DNA of 64,000 nucleotides, from NCBI GenBank assembly GCA_009859145.1, contig VRVR01000025.1:261491-325490 (forward strand), read 5' to 3'. Of this stretch, positions 1 through 10,841 are shown piece by piece (the first letter of the stretch is position 1; each line of letters starts with the position of its first letter). The notes under the pieces are model-generated. The model did no database searches. It was not told where the DNA came from and was given only the letters and a program-made list of their open reading frames with translations. The position numbers and the translations under genes are program-made. Origin of the DNA: Andalucia godoyi And28 (taxonomy: Eukaryota; Protista; Jakobida).

Positions 1-2
1 CT

Positions 3-725
3 CCATCGACAGTCGCAAATGCTTCGGACGTTACGAGTGCGGGCGCATCCGGAAGTGCATCTGCAGGCGGGGGTGCGGCGGTGCTTCCAGAGACGACAGC
101 GTTTGTGATTGCGCAGCTGCTAAACTTGAAGAACGACTCACAGTTTCTGGCATCGCCGTTCTACAGATTTCTAGTGCGGCATGTGCAGTCGATGCAGTCT
201 TCGGTGCTGCAGATGGTGATCTCGTACCAGCAGGTTCTCCACGATTTGCTGATGGACGACAGTTCGGCAATGCCGCCGCCAACGAGTCCCGGGGGCGACA
301 TCCGGGATGTGGAGACGCTCTGTGATGCAGATGTGGTGGCGTCTCACAAGCTTTCCATGGCAAAACTGACTGTGGAAAACTTGCCGTTTCCCGCAATGCT
401 CGTGACGCGGTCGGGCTTTCTGTACAGATTCAACGGACCTCTTTCGGAACTCTTGCCGTTTCCGCGGACCCAGCTCGAGTCAAGCCCGTTCGATGTCATT
501 GACATGTTTGCAGCGACAGAAAACACGGATCTCATGGCAAAAAACATCCAGGCACTCATGAAGGCGAGGGAAAGCCCGCTTGTGCAGACAGTCTCGCTCC
601 GGTGTTATCTCAGACGAAAGGATAACCTGCCTGTCGAATACACTTGCGGTGTGTCGTTTGTCAGACATACAAACTCGGGACGCGTGCTGTTCGTCATGCT
701 GCAGTTCATTCCAATTCCTTCATAG
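3..725 (+). CDS. 5'-truncated protein with a C-terminal PAS-like domain (resembles the PAS region of ERT1/RDS2/AcuK-type regulators)
   Basis: Frame is open from base 3 (PSTVANASDVTSAGASG...) into the tracked ORF at 81, ending TAG at 723-725. The C-terminal ~120 aa (VENLPFPAMLVTRSGFLYRFNGPLSELL...SLRCYLRRKDNLPVEYTCGVSFVR...LFVMLQFIP) has the PAS beta/alpha pattern. Confidence 0.6.
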   Translation, partial: PSTVANASDVTSAGASGSASAGGGAAVLPETTAFVIAQLLNLKNDSQFLASPFYRFLVRHVQSMQSSVLQMVISYQQVLHDLLMDDSSAMPPPTSPGGDIRDVETLCDADVVASHKLSMAKLTVENLPFPAMLVTRSGFLYRFNGPLSELLPFPRTQLESSPFDVIDMFAATENTDLMAKNIQALMKARESPLVQTVSLRCYLRRKDNLPVEYTCGVSFVRHTNSGRVLFVMLQFIPIPS

Positions 726-966
726 TCTTTCCTGCTCCACTCGTCCTTATCTCCTTTCGTTCTTGCGGGGGTCGCAGGGTGCATGCAACGGAAAATCCAC
801 GGTTTTATTCGCTGTTTGACTTTCCGGATTTTCTTCGTCTTCTTCTTCATTCCCCCCTTTTAATTTAAAATTTCCACTTCATGCCCGCCCGCGTAAATAA
901 CTATACTTTATGTAAGAGAGTGAGAGAGTGCGTGAATGAGTGAGTGTACTTGTCAAGTGGCGTGAA

Positions 967-3891
967 CTATACGACGTGGGAATCTTCCGAGTCGCCGTCA
1001 CCTGCACGGGTGTGCTCAGTCGATTCTGCTTGACGAAGGGCTTCGTACGAGTTGGCGGTCGATGCGCTGTTGACACCAGTCATCCAGAAGCCAGACAGGG
1101 CTCGCATCATGGCAAAAATGAAGATCACACTGTTCATGATGATGACATAGCTCAGCGAGTTTCCAATATCCGCCCAGGAACCGCGAGTCTTGACGAGGAA
1201 GAAAAACGCAACACAGCCTAAATCAATCAGAGCAAACGCAAGAGTAAACAGTGCATCGGAAATTGTGATGCTCATCTTGTCAAGCGCAGCAATGGCCGCG
1301 CTCAGCAACAGCGGCGGCACGGAAAGCTTAAAAACCAAGAGAAACGCCATGAAGAATGCATCGTACACAATCGTGAAACGGAAGAGAGAAGCAACTTGGA
1401 AAGAAGCGATGGACGCAAAATTGCCCGTTCCAAAGATTCCGAGAAACAAGAATGCAACCAAGAACACGCATGTTCGCACGTCATTCGACGAAATTCCAGT
1501 TCCTTTTGCTGCGATGGGCACACGGCCGCGTGCCTGTTGTTCCAGAACAATCCAAAAGTAGAGAAGCACTCCAAACACAACGGTGAAGAACACTTCATAG
1601 TTCACGGCAAACAGGATCATCAGACTCACCAATGATAGGAAAATGCTGAGCAGCCGATGATACACAGACCGGCCCTCAACAATCCACGAAAACGACGAAA
1701 AACAGCACATGCTCCATGCAATGCGCTGCTTGTACCGTTGCAAGAGAATGCCGGCTGCAAGGTCGCGTTCAATCGACATGATTATCCAAATGGAGACTAG
1801 AATGGCGGTAAACTGGACAGAAAGCCACTTGTAAGAAACAAAAATCGATCGAACGGACTGATCGCGAATCATGTACAAAAACATGGCACCAAAGACAAAC
1901 CCGACGATTCCGCCGGAATAAACCAGCGACATATCACGGCCGTGCTTGACGGACAGGAAAGTGAAGCATCCGCAGAGAAGGCATGCAAACGTCCATCCAT
2001 CCTTCGTCCCGAGCTTGACGGAATCCACAAATTGCGACCAAACTGCAAGCATGAGAGCAATGACAAAGAATATCCATCTTCCATGCGGGTAGAAGCCGGC
2101 ACAGATAAGGGCCACAATGAGAACGGCAAATCCGGCGTGCAGGCCCGTAGATCGCACGGCAAGCGGAGACGACAGCAAGTTGCGGAACGCAATTGGGACA
2201 ACGTACGAATGCGAGAATGCCAACACAACACAAAAGATTGCACCAGCCGTATAGAGGTAGTACGTCGCGGGCGCACCTTGCAAAAAGAGGTACGAAAACA
2301 GAACTGCAGCAGCCGACACAAAGCGCCGGAACGCCACTGGAATGGCAGCTGCCAGAGGAAGATCAACCTGCATCTTGTATGCGCGGTATACAAACAGGAG
2401 CAAGAATGAAATCCATCCCGCATACCCAAAAGTCACAACCGTCATCAAGTAAAACGAATCGTACCGTTGCAGATAGTCGAGAGCTTGAATTGCGTGAAAC
2501 ATGAGGTCCGTGGACATTTCGATAGCAGCAGCATAATCGCGACTCGCAATCTTGGATTGGATGCTCTTGGAGTCCGCAGAGCTCAGATCCAGATGGGGAT
2601 ACGGCGAGAAGAAGAGTCTTCTGCCCGCCTTGATGCTGGTCTTCACACGAACGTGTTCCAGCAGCGACAAATAGTTGGTATGTGCAGCGACAGCTCTCCT
2701 CGCTGGATTGTTTGCAGAGAGGAACTGAAGAGGGACGATTCCAAGCGAGTTGACAGGGATAGGAGTTCCTAGAAGAGTAGAGACCAAATTGGCCATATCG
2801 ACCTGCCGCATGTCCTTTCTCAAAAAGTAGTCTGCACCGCCCCACTTGGACTTGACCATTTCCACTTCCTCGTCCACACTCATAAACCCGGGGTCTGCAA
2901 GAATCTTGCCTTCCTCCGCAACCGGCGTGACGCCAGGGCCCCAGACGACCACCGGGGTTCGCGTGGTCTCCGGCTCTCCAGCACCGTGCGACGACTTGTC
3001 CGTCATTCCATGATCCGCAGTAAACACAAACACTGTCTTCTCATCTCCATAGTACGCATTCACCGTTTCGCTGAGGTTTTTGATCCGATTGTCGATGTTG
3101 CGGATTACTTCCATGTACGTGTTTGCTTGCGGATCTTGTGCGTGCCCCGAAGTATCGGGCCCCATTAAGTGCAGGAAGAAAGCCGCCTTTGGTGTCTTCA
3201 TTTTCCGTTCCATGTCTGCAGATTGGGGATTTGTGAACAGATTCATAACGCGGTCAAACACCCAGTTGTCGTACTTCGGAGCCCATTCTGAGAACTTGAT
3301 GAAGTCTGAACCGAATGTTTCCGTGTAGACGTTCGGCAAAAACTCGAAAATTCCAGCAACGTCATAATCACCAAACAAAAATCCGTACGACACATGATGG
3401 AAGATAGTATCTGCCCAGATTGGAGCCTCCTTCCACGCAGTCACGACGGCCGACGGGTCCTCAAAGATGCCTGCAAACATGGATGTATGGCACGGCCTTG
3501 ATTCTGTGGGCATTGCTGTGTGCTGAATTCCAAATGCTGCCTTTCGATTCGTGTACAATGAGTGGAGGAACGGAGCCGGCGGGCTCCCACTAGGCGTCAT
3601 CTCAAAGAACTTGTCTGCCCGCAGCCCATCTCCAACCATGAAGACCACACGCTCGGCAACATCTTTTCGATTCGGGGACAGCGGATCAGAGCCGTCGACA
3701 GTAGGCGGCACAGGAGGCACAACAGGCTTAATGCCGTGCTCAATCGGGGTCTTGAAGTACACATCAAACACAGATAGCACAAACAGCGAATGAATAATCG
3801 CGGAGACAATCACAATAATCAGAATCGGTGGAGGGCGCAGCGTGAACAGCCGCGTGAACAACTGCGGAACTACCCGATCAATCATGGACAT
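967..3891 (-). CDS. PIGN: GPI ethanolamine phosphate transferase 1 (PIG-N/MCD4)
   Basis: N-terminal TM with SVFDVYFKTP; alkaline-phosphatase-like motifs VFMVGDGLRADK, PTESRPCHTSMFAG, FFLHLMGPDTSGH, VFTADHGMTD, MRQVDMANL; then multi-TM region with FGTGNFASIASF and GSWADIGNSLS. The first ATG after the T-rich leader is at 3891; the ORF-track extension to 4092 is translated low-complexity leader. Confidence 0.93.
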   Translation of the reverse strand: MSMIDRVVPQLFTRLFTLRPPPILIIVIVSAIIHSLFVLSVFDVYFKTPIEHGIKPVVPPVPPTVDGSDPLSPNRKDVAERVVFMVGDGLRADKFFEMTPSGSPPAPFLHSLYTNRKAAFGIQHTAMPTESRPCHTSMFAGIFEDPSAVVTAWKEAPIWADTIFHHVSYGFLFGDYDVAGIFEFLPNVYTETFGSDFIKFSEWAPKYDNWVFDRVMNLFTNPQSADMERKMKTPKAAFFLHLMGPDTSGHAQDPQANTYMEVIRNIDNRIKNLSETVNAYYGDEKTVFVFTADHGMTDKSSHGAGEPETTRTPVVVWGPGVTPVAEEGKILADPGFMSVDEEVEMVKSKWGGADYFLRKDMRQVDMANLVSTLLGTPIPVNSLGIVPLQFLSANNPARRAVAAHTNYLSLLEHVRVKTSIKAGRRLFFSPYPHLDLSSADSKSIQSKIASRDYAAAIEMSTDLMFHAIQALDYLQRYDSFYLMTVVTFGYAGWISFLLLFVYRAYKMQVDLPLAAAIPVAFRRFVSAAAVLFSYLFLQGAPATYYLYTAGAIFCVVLAFSHSYVVPIAFRNLLSSPLAVRSTGLHAGFAVLIVALICAGFYPHGRWIFFVIALMLAVWSQFVDSVKLGTKDGWTFACLLCGCFTFLSVKHGRDMSLVYSGGIVGFVFGAMFLYMIRDQSVRSIFVSYKWLSVQFTAILVSIWIIMSIERDLAAGILLQRYKQRIAWSMCCFSSFSWIVEGRSVYHRLLSIFLSLVSLMILFAVNYEVFFTVVFGVLLYFWIVLEQQARGRVPIAAKGTGISSNDVRTCVFLVAFLFLGIFGTGNFASIASFQVASLFRFTIVYDAFFMAFLLVFKLSVPPLLLSAAIAALDKMSITISDALFTLAFALIDLGCVAFFFLVKTRGSWADIGNSLSYVIIMNSVIFIFAMMRALSGFWMTGVNSASTANSYEALRQAESTEHTRAGDGDSEDSHVV

Positions 3892-4487
3892 CCAGCCTCT
3901 ATGATTCTCCTCTGTTTCTAATCTATTTAACAAAAAAATGAAAAATATAAAAGATAAAAAAATATGAAAAAAACAAAACAAAACACATAGAACAATAGGA
4001 CTTGAAAGGAAAAAGAGAGGCGAAACAGCCGAGAGAATTTGTTTTTTGTATCGTGGTGTTATGATAGAGCCGTCTGTTGTAAAAAAGAACACAAACAGCC
4101 GCGTTCAATCCGATCAGCGCCTGCAAGGTGCACTAACCACGGATAATCATCGCTGATCACCCATAATCAATGTTGCAACCCAACAACATGCACAGCATGA
4201 TCGGGAAGGGGGTAGGCCCCAACACGCCCCTCGGCATGAGCGACGTTCTCAAGATAGATGTTGCGTTGCATGGACAATAAAAATAAAAATAAGAAATGAG
4301 CGTCGCTGTGCGAGAATGCAACGCGGCGGCGTGTTTATATAGGGATTTCATGATCAAAATGGGGGCGAAACGAATCGGGCATCGTGTGGACGGAGTTGTC
4401 AAGATAACAAACGCATGCGGCATGGCGCGTGGCAGTGTTTTTGTTTTTACGTGTGCTTTAGACTGCTTCATCATATCGCAATATCAC

Positions 4488-6592
4488 AAGAACAGGTATT
4501 TTGCCGGTTTTTCGCTTTTCATTTCTCTCTTCTTTCTCCTGCTTTTTAATCTTACAAATAAATAAATAACGAGATAAATGGATACAGTTTCGAGCACGAA
4601 ACAATAATTACAGCTCAAATTGCTTGCCTGGAGAGTGGCTAGCGTTAGATTTGGGCAAATCGTCGGCTTGCTGCTTGGATAGATGACAGCAGCCCTGTGG
4701 GCGGTATTCCAACCGTGCCTGCTGCCTCTGCAGGCGGGTGTTGCCGTTTCTGTGCTTTCGCCTTTTTCTCGGCTCTACGTTGATTTTCGTCTGCAACTTT
4801 ATTTCGCAGGAAAGCAACCGCTTCCTGAGCAGTCAGACAGAAACTTGACGTCTTTCCTCGAGGCTTTTCAATGCCTTGCTTGCATTCGCTGACAAGACTC
4901 TTCTTTGACGGGTGCGCTGCTGCCTCTGTTTCTGTACGACTACTGCGGCTCTTTTGCGGCCTTCTGCATCGTCATCATCATTGTCATCGTCGTCGTCGTC
5001 ATCATCATCAACTGCATCATCAATCTCGGGCCGCTCTGATGCGATACTGGACGAATGCGGTCGTGTATGATTGCATCCGCTGTCCCAAAACCGCATTTCA
5101 ACAGCTTGTTGTGTGACTTGCTCTGCTTTCACAAACTCTGCTTCAAACGTGTTCTTCCGAAGCGGGAACAGCCCCGTGACTTGAAACGCACGCTCGACAT
5201 GCATAGGAGAGATGTTCTTCCACGCCTTCATCAGGCATTGCGTGTTGACATCGTCTTCCTTCGTTAGACGGAACACCGAACCGTCCTGCAGCAACACATG
5301 TTTCCCGTTCTCAATCCCGTGCTCTCCCATTTTCTGCTTCTCATACCGGAACGCGCTCTTGACGATCTTGTAGCACTCGACATCCAAAGGCTGCATTTTG
5401 TGGGTGCAGTGCGGAGGAAACGTGACCAACTCCCAGTTGTTTGCGCAGCACCATTCTACAGCTTCGATCGTTGTATGGCTGCTGTGTCCGTCCACAGCCA
5501 GTACGATTTTTGCGTAGCGACGCTTAGCGGGCAACTGGGATTTGAGGTCCTCCAAGAACTCCACAAAGAGAGTGGAGCCTATCCATCCTTTCTCGCTTCG
5601 AGGGATTTTCAGTTCCGGATCCTTCTTCAAGAGCACCTTCTGCATGTAGTCCCAACGACGGTCCTGTGTTTGAATACACCATCATTGGACGAAATGCTTT
5701 CCCATCTGCCGAGATGGCATTGATCATTGTCACGTGGTTTCTCTCCGAGTTGATGGCCATCTGCACTCTCCTTGTGCCTTTGGGAGCGAGAACACGCAAC
5801 TTGGACTCTTGATCGCCTTGGACACCTGTCTCGTCCATGTTTACCACTCGCCACGCATCTTCCTGACTCGTGATTCCTGCTCGCGCATACGCGGTTTGCA
5901 GATCCCCGAAGAATTTATCGACGTTCTCCTTGTTGAATGAGTACTCACGGGATCGTTCGAGTGTTGAGGGCAGGCGGAGGACGAGAGACGACAAGCCCTG
6001 CTTTTCCATCCGCCGATTGAACGCAGGAAGCCAGTGCTTCGACAGCATTTGGACAAAAGCCTGCTTCAGGAGGGGCATATTCCTCTGCACTCTGTACACT
6101 ACATAGTGATACAGCCGCTTCTCTCCGTCCGGGCACAGCGCAGCAGGTCGTCCTGCTTTCCTCAAGAAGGAAACGACTTCTTCGAGGTGATTCATGTCGG
6201 TGAACTGGTACAGCGCTCCCGGAATCTTCGAACGTCGTCTTTCCTCTTCTGTTGGCACGACAGGATGAAAGGCTTGAGGCTGCCTACCTTGCGTTTCCAT
6301 AAACGCACTTCGTGCACAGTCGTTTAGCTCAACAAGAACCACGTCGTAACAGATGCCAACGCATTTGCGCACGGTTCGTTCAGGAGATTGCAGATCTTTG
6401 TACTTGACACCGTTAATGATACGCGCAAGGACGTCTTTCGTGAGCTGCGCGTCCGAATTCGCTGTTCTTCCGGTAGAGGATCGTTTTTTTGACCATTCTG
6501 ATTGGTTTTGATGAAAAACGAACGTAAGAAAGAAGAAAGCGCGCCAAGACATTTTCAGCAAAAAAAAAAAACCGGCAAGAATACCTGCTCTT
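4488..6592 (-). mobile_element. Fot1/pogo-like DNA transposon (DD35D), ~2.1 kb, with TIRs
   Basis: Imperfect TIR pair aagaacaggtattttgccggttttt (4488-4512) and aaaaaccggcaagaatacctgctctt (6567-6592). TA at 6592-6593 and CA at 4487-4488 (possible mutated TA target duplication). Encloses a DDE_1-type transposase. Confidence 0.8.
4833..6496 (-). pseudogene. pogo/Fot-like DDE transposase with two frameshifts
   Basis: CENP-B-type HTH (GRPAALCPDGEKRL...MPLLKQAF), NMDETG, SEKGWI, VLAVDGHSSH and FPPHCTHKMQPLDV (35 residues between 2nd and 3rd Asp). ATG at 6496 is out of frame by one extra A (A7 here vs A6 in the copy at 50089). A second shift near 5630-5650 joins tracked ORFs 5524..6717 and 4833..5645. 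Confidence 0.85.
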
Positions 6593-6870
6593 ACGGTTAG
6601 TGGCAATGGCCGGAGATTTTCTTTTTTTATTTGTATGATTTGATTTTGATTGGCGGAAGACCGAGTCGGGAGCATCGGGAACGAAAAAGGAAAATTGACT
6701 TGTTTTTCTTCCCCCATTAATTCGATACCGTTCTGCTTTTGGGAAAGAGCTTTTCTTTCAGTTATTCAGGATCGATATCTACACTCGAGTGAATAAAGAG
6801 AGGGTGGTGGGTGTTGTTTTTTGTTTGTTGTTGTTGATTAAAAAAAAGGAAGGAAGAATAGGAAAGAAAG

Positions 6871-7695
6871 ATGGCGCCTCCTACAGTGTTAACATATGAC
6901 GGATCTCGTGAGCAGGCGTCGTTTCGCAACTATGATGACAAGCATTGTCGTGAGACGGTGCGTGCGTTTTACTATGAGCAGCATGTGAAGCAGACGTATG
7001 ATTATGTGCTGCATCAGAAGAACAACTTTTTGAAACGTGATCGCAAGCGAATGACCGTTTGGGAAGCACTGGAGTTTCTCGATACGCTGGTGGATGACAG
7101 TGACCCTGATACAGATCTCTCGCAAATTCAACACTGTTTGCAGACTGCAGAGGCGATTCGCAACGACGGACAGCCGCGCTGGATGATTCTTACGGGACTG
7201 ATCCATGACCTTGGGAAAATCTTGTGCTTGTTTGGAGAGCCGCAGTGGGCTGTTGTTGGCGACACGTTCCCTGTGGGGTGTCCTCACGACTCGCGCAATG
7301 TGTTCCACGAGTTCTTCTGCGACAATCCAGATTCGAATGACGGTAGGTTCAATCAGAACGGCAGACTTGGGGTGTATGAAGAAGAGTGCGGGCTGGAGAA
7401 CGTCCACATGTCGTGGGGCCACGATGAGTACATGTACCACATTGCCAAGAACAGCAGCAGTCTTCCCGAGCCTGCACTGTACATGATCCGATACCACTCG
7501 TTCTATCCGTGGCATCGCGAGCATGCGTATGACTATCTTTGCAACGAGAAGGACAGGCAGATGCTTGAGTGGGTCAGGAAGTTCAATCCGTACGATCTCT
7601 ACACGAAGGGCCTTTCCAAACCGGATGTCGAGGAGCTCAAGCCATTCTACCTCGATCTCATCAACGAGTTTATCCCGGGTACCATCAACTGGTAA
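6871..7695 (+). CDS. MIOX: myo-inositol oxygenase
   Basis: Diiron HD-fold motifs DDSDPDTD, QHCLQTAEAIR, GLIHDLGK, WAVVGDTFPVG, SWGHDEYMY, RYHSFYPWH, FNPYDLYTK; full length 274 aa. Confidence 0.97.
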   Translation: MAPPTVLTYDGSREQASFRNYDDKHCRETVRAFYYEQHVKQTYDYVLHQKNNFLKRDRKRMTVWEALEFLDTLVDDSDPDTDLSQIQHCLQTAEAIRNDGQPRWMILTGLIHDLGKILCLFGEPQWAVVGDTFPVGCPHDSRNVFHEFFCDNPDSNDGRFNQNGRLGVYEEECGLENVHMSWGHDEYMYHIAKNSSSLPEPALYMIRYHSFYPWHREHAYDYLCNEKDRQMLEWVRKFNPYDLYTKGLSKPDVEELKPFYLDLINEFIPGTINW

Positions 7696-7760
7696 AGACC
7701 GTCAGTTCTAACCTACGTGTTTTCCGTCGACTCTTGTTGTTATTTTAAGAATTATTGTAA

Positions 7761-7832
7761 ATTCTCATTCTCATTCTCATTGTCATTGTCTCATTCTCAT
7801 TCTCATTCTCATTCTTATTGTCTCATTCTCAT
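7761..7832 (+). repeat. (CATTCT)n imperfect microsatellite
   Basis: About 11 tandem ATTCTC units downstream of MIOX. Confidence 0.9.
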
Positions 7833-8220
7833 TCTAATTGTCTCAGCCTCCTGTCTTCTCAAAGCCTGCGAGACATGCACTGCATCAGTACAAATTGGTG
7901 CTGATCGGTACAGATTGCAGTGTTGCAAGACAATTGATCCTACGGAAATCAGTTGTCTACGGGACAGGGCCCCAGCACATACAGGTGCATGCGCATCGTG
8001 TTCTTCAAAATAGATATTGCTTGGTCCATGCCAATCGCGTTCCATCACCGCTGCTCACGCTGGACATCGGAACACCTTGCGCCTTCCCAGTTTCCTATGG
8101 GATGATCCCACGCACTCCCATTCTCCAACATGTCTTTGACGCGTATTTCGTGCCTGCGTCCCAGTGGGGGGTGGCAAAAACGTTGGCAGTTTTCGCATTT
8201 GGCGGGCGTCGACTGTCCAA

Positions 8221-8249
8221 GGGGGGGGGGGGGGGGGGGAGGGAAGGGG
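8221..8249 (+). repeat. poly-G tract (G19 followed by agggaagggg)
   Basis: 19 consecutive G at 8221-8239 plus two more G-runs, in the MIOX to TF1 intergenic region. Confidence 0.9.
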
Positions 8250-8950
8250 AAGCGGTATTTTGATGGGCGTGTTGACGCTGCCGTGCTCCAGCACAAAGGG
8301 TTTCCGTGTCGAGAAAGCAGTGGAGCATGAAAATGCATCGTTGCGACCTTGCCTTTTCTGGGAATTTTCCATAAAAGTTTAAGGTTGTCAAATCAAAGCA
8401 TTAGGATTCTGATTCAGGTCGACAGCTCGGGTTGCACATGCATACGAGCAGAGCTGCATGCAAGCAGACGCGGGCTCTACTAGCAAGAGTTACCGATTGC
8501 TTGTACGTGCTCCGTTTGGAACTTGAGCTTCGTGCCTGCTGACCTCCACATTGACGAGGGCTTCTCGATTTGCCTGTTCGCGTGAACCTTCGACACGACA
8601 TGTTGCGAGACGTCAAGTCTTCTTTGTTGTTGAAAGAGGAAGGTGGTATTCTCCCTCCTGTGGCTGTTCTTGACATAAACTAGAGGGTCAGAAGTCTGTA
8701 CGGCGTGCGTGCCGAATTCATTTTTTCTCCCTTGCTGGCTTCCCTTCCCTACCAAATCTCTGATTCCAAGATGTTCTTCATGCTGCTGTTTCTCTCCTTC
8801 ACTGCAGATATTCTTTCTTTTCTTTCTTCTTTGTTTCTCTCCTTTCCTTTGTTTTCTCTCTCCCTTTCTTTCGTTCGTTCGTTCGTTCACTTTTCTTCTC
8901 TCTTCTCAACATTTCCTTTCTTCAACCGAACCATCGCAAACGCCCGATCC

Positions 8951-10609
8951 ATGTCAAGTCAGGGTTCTGTTCAGAATTGGCTGACGTTCCCAGAGCCGAG
9001 TGGCCGACGGGGGAGTGCCTCTGCGTCGAACTCCAAGCGGCCGTCTCTTTCCTGTTTCTTCTCGCTGCCTCGAGACAGCATGTCCATTCCGCGGGGTAGT
9101 TTTAAGATGATGAGCTCGTTGGATATTCCTTCCAATATCGGGGTTTACTCCGATGAGTGCTATTCGAGTGCGAGCGGCCATCAGACGGTGTGCCTCTCTG
9201 GGCAGGTTGTCACCATCCCTTGCGATCAAGTGACGTTTGACAAGATCGTCGCGGATTCCGAGCCCCGTTTCGACACGTCGACGTTCCTCGATTCAAGAGA
9301 CACCCCGCAGACCACATCGACGCATGCGTCGTCTTCTTACATGACCATGATACCGGATGCTCCCATTGTGCCCTCTGCTATCGCCGACATGCCCAACATG
9401 ACCCTCGAGATGAGCGTGCCTCAGATGCGCATGAATCATCAGCAATCCTATCATATCCCGACGGCTACCGACGAGTCGCTCGGTACATACACGCCCGACT
9501 CTCGGCGCTATGAGAAGCGGCCTGCCAACACCAACTCCACAAACTACTCGAAGCGAGGACTGACCAACCGATATTCGTCAGATGACACACGTGCCGGGAG
9601 TGACGATGAGACGGGCACCTGTGGCAGTTCCGAAATGCCGTCTGTCAATGTCGATGCGATCTTTTCAAACGCCAACCGAGATTCGTGCGCAGGAGATGTC
9701 CTTGCAGGGCAGCATCATCGATCATTGGCAGAATACGGTTCGTGTCACGAAGCGCAGAAGCCACAGTTGGGGATGACGATATCGGGAATTCGAATCAATC
9801 AACTCCTGAATGCGGATCAGCAGAAGTGGACGCAGGCAGAGATGCCGAACGTCAAGCGCGTCACAATTCTGTCAAAGACTGGCCGGACGCAATATCACCC
9901 GTGGAAAGGCAGTGATCTTGAAGACCCAGAGGATGTTGAGTGGTACAAAACTTCTGTTTACACGTTGTGCATGAGAATCGAGTTGAACGAGGAGCTTGCG
10001 TTAGAGGAATTTGAAACAGAGGTTCATCTGCATACCGACTCGGATTTGAAGGTCGTGGATGCGGGACTGAAGTTCCACAAATGCGGACCGTATAGAATTG
10101 GACGTCGATCTCAAGCAATGTATCAGGGTGAAATCGGCCCATTCTCCCCCATCGTGTTCTCCTTCAATCACAATGGCGAGCAAGCGCGTTTTCGCATTTC
10201 CATTACGATCAAGAATCTGCGAACTGGGGATGAATGCATTGTTGTCTCTCCGTCTTTCATTATCAAATCGAAGAAGCCAAAGAAGCCAGCTTCCTACGGA
10301 AACTCTCCGATGAAGGATTCGCGGTCCGCGAGCAACATGACAGCACCTAGTGGTATGGAACGGAAACGATCCAACTCTCCCTCTCCGTCGGACGTGGATG
10401 AGATCGAAGGAAGAGCGTACAAGCGACAGTTCTTGCAGCTTGTCCAGTCCGGCGCACTCAGCACCATTGTTCAGAACTCTTCTTCTGTCGATGAGTTGGT
10501 CTTGATGCAGCGCGTAGTTCAGGCTGCGCAACTCGTCCAGCAGATGGGCTTGGTTCCACAGCAGTCTCATCAGAATACCATTCCTTCTCGATTCCCGTCG
10601 CAACCGTGA
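8951..10609 (+). CDS. putative transcription factor (TF1) with an Ig-fold-like DNA-binding domain; paralog of 17468..19489
   Basis: 552 aa from ATG 8951 (MSSQGSV). S/T/Q-rich low-complexity flanks surround a beta-rich domain (ILSKTGRT...EWYKTSVYTLCMRIEL...GLKFHKCGPYRIGRRS...FSFNHNGEQARFRISI...VSPSFIIKSKKPKK) followed by a basic NLS-like segment. Confidence 0.7.
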   Translation: MSSQGSVQNWLTFPEPSGRRGSASASNSKRPSLSCFFSLPRDSMSIPRGSFKMMSSLDIPSNIGVYSDECYSSASGHQTVCLSGQVVTIPCDQVTFDKIVADSEPRFDTSTFLDSRDTPQTTSTHASSSYMTMIPDAPIVPSAIADMPNMTLEMSVPQMRMNHQQSYHIPTATDESLGTYTPDSRRYEKRPANTNSTNYSKRGLTNRYSSDDTRAGSDDETGTCGSSEMPSVNVDAIFSNANRDSCAGDVLAGQHHRSLAEYGSCHEAQKPQLGMTISGIRINQLLNADQQKWTQAEMPNVKRVTILSKTGRTQYHPWKGSDLEDPEDVEWYKTSVYTLCMRIELNEELALEEFETEVHLHTDSDLKVVDAGLKFHKCGPYRIGRRSQAMYQGEIGPFSPIVFSFNHNGEQARFRISITIKNLRTGDECIVVSPSFIIKSKKPKKPASYGNSPMKDSRSASNMTAPSGMERKRSNSPSPSDVDEIEGRAYKRQFLQLVQSGALSTIVQNSSSVDELVLMQRVVQAAQLVQQMGLVPQQSHQNTIPSRFPSQP

Positions 10610-10841
10610 GCAGCGACTGCCAGTTTTTCGGACGAATGGTTCACGTTTTCTATTTGTACACAATATTATGTATTTGGTGCGCACGCTCATCTTTCCTGTG
10701 AATCTTGTCCTCCCTGCAACCTTAACTTTCGTCCAATAATAAATGCGACTGTTTACATATATATACGATTTTTCTTGGAGTCCTTTGTGTAGCCTTTTCC
10801 TTTTTGTCATGGGGGTTTGGTGGTGTGTGTACTTAGGGCAA

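Noticed and set aside
3892-4092. ORF-track N-terminal extensions (also 8705-8950, 24684-24866, 29533-29859, 6497-6717, 33706-33762)
   Set aside because: They start at non-ATG codons or translate T-rich leaders and microsatellites into F/L/I or RE/CV runs with no family similarity.
6147-6347. 196-bp segment missing from the second pogo copy as a spliced intron (GT...AG is present nearby)
   Set aside because: The segment is open and in frame in the full element, splicing would give a frame that stops at once, and the deletion ends match an ACGAC microhomology rather than the GT/AG positions.
7838-8263. QYKLVLIG...SVARQLILR resembling a Rab/Ras N-terminal strand and P-loop
   Set aside because: No GKS/T, DTAGQ or NKxD motifs follow; the ORF runs into the poly-G tract; likely coincidence.
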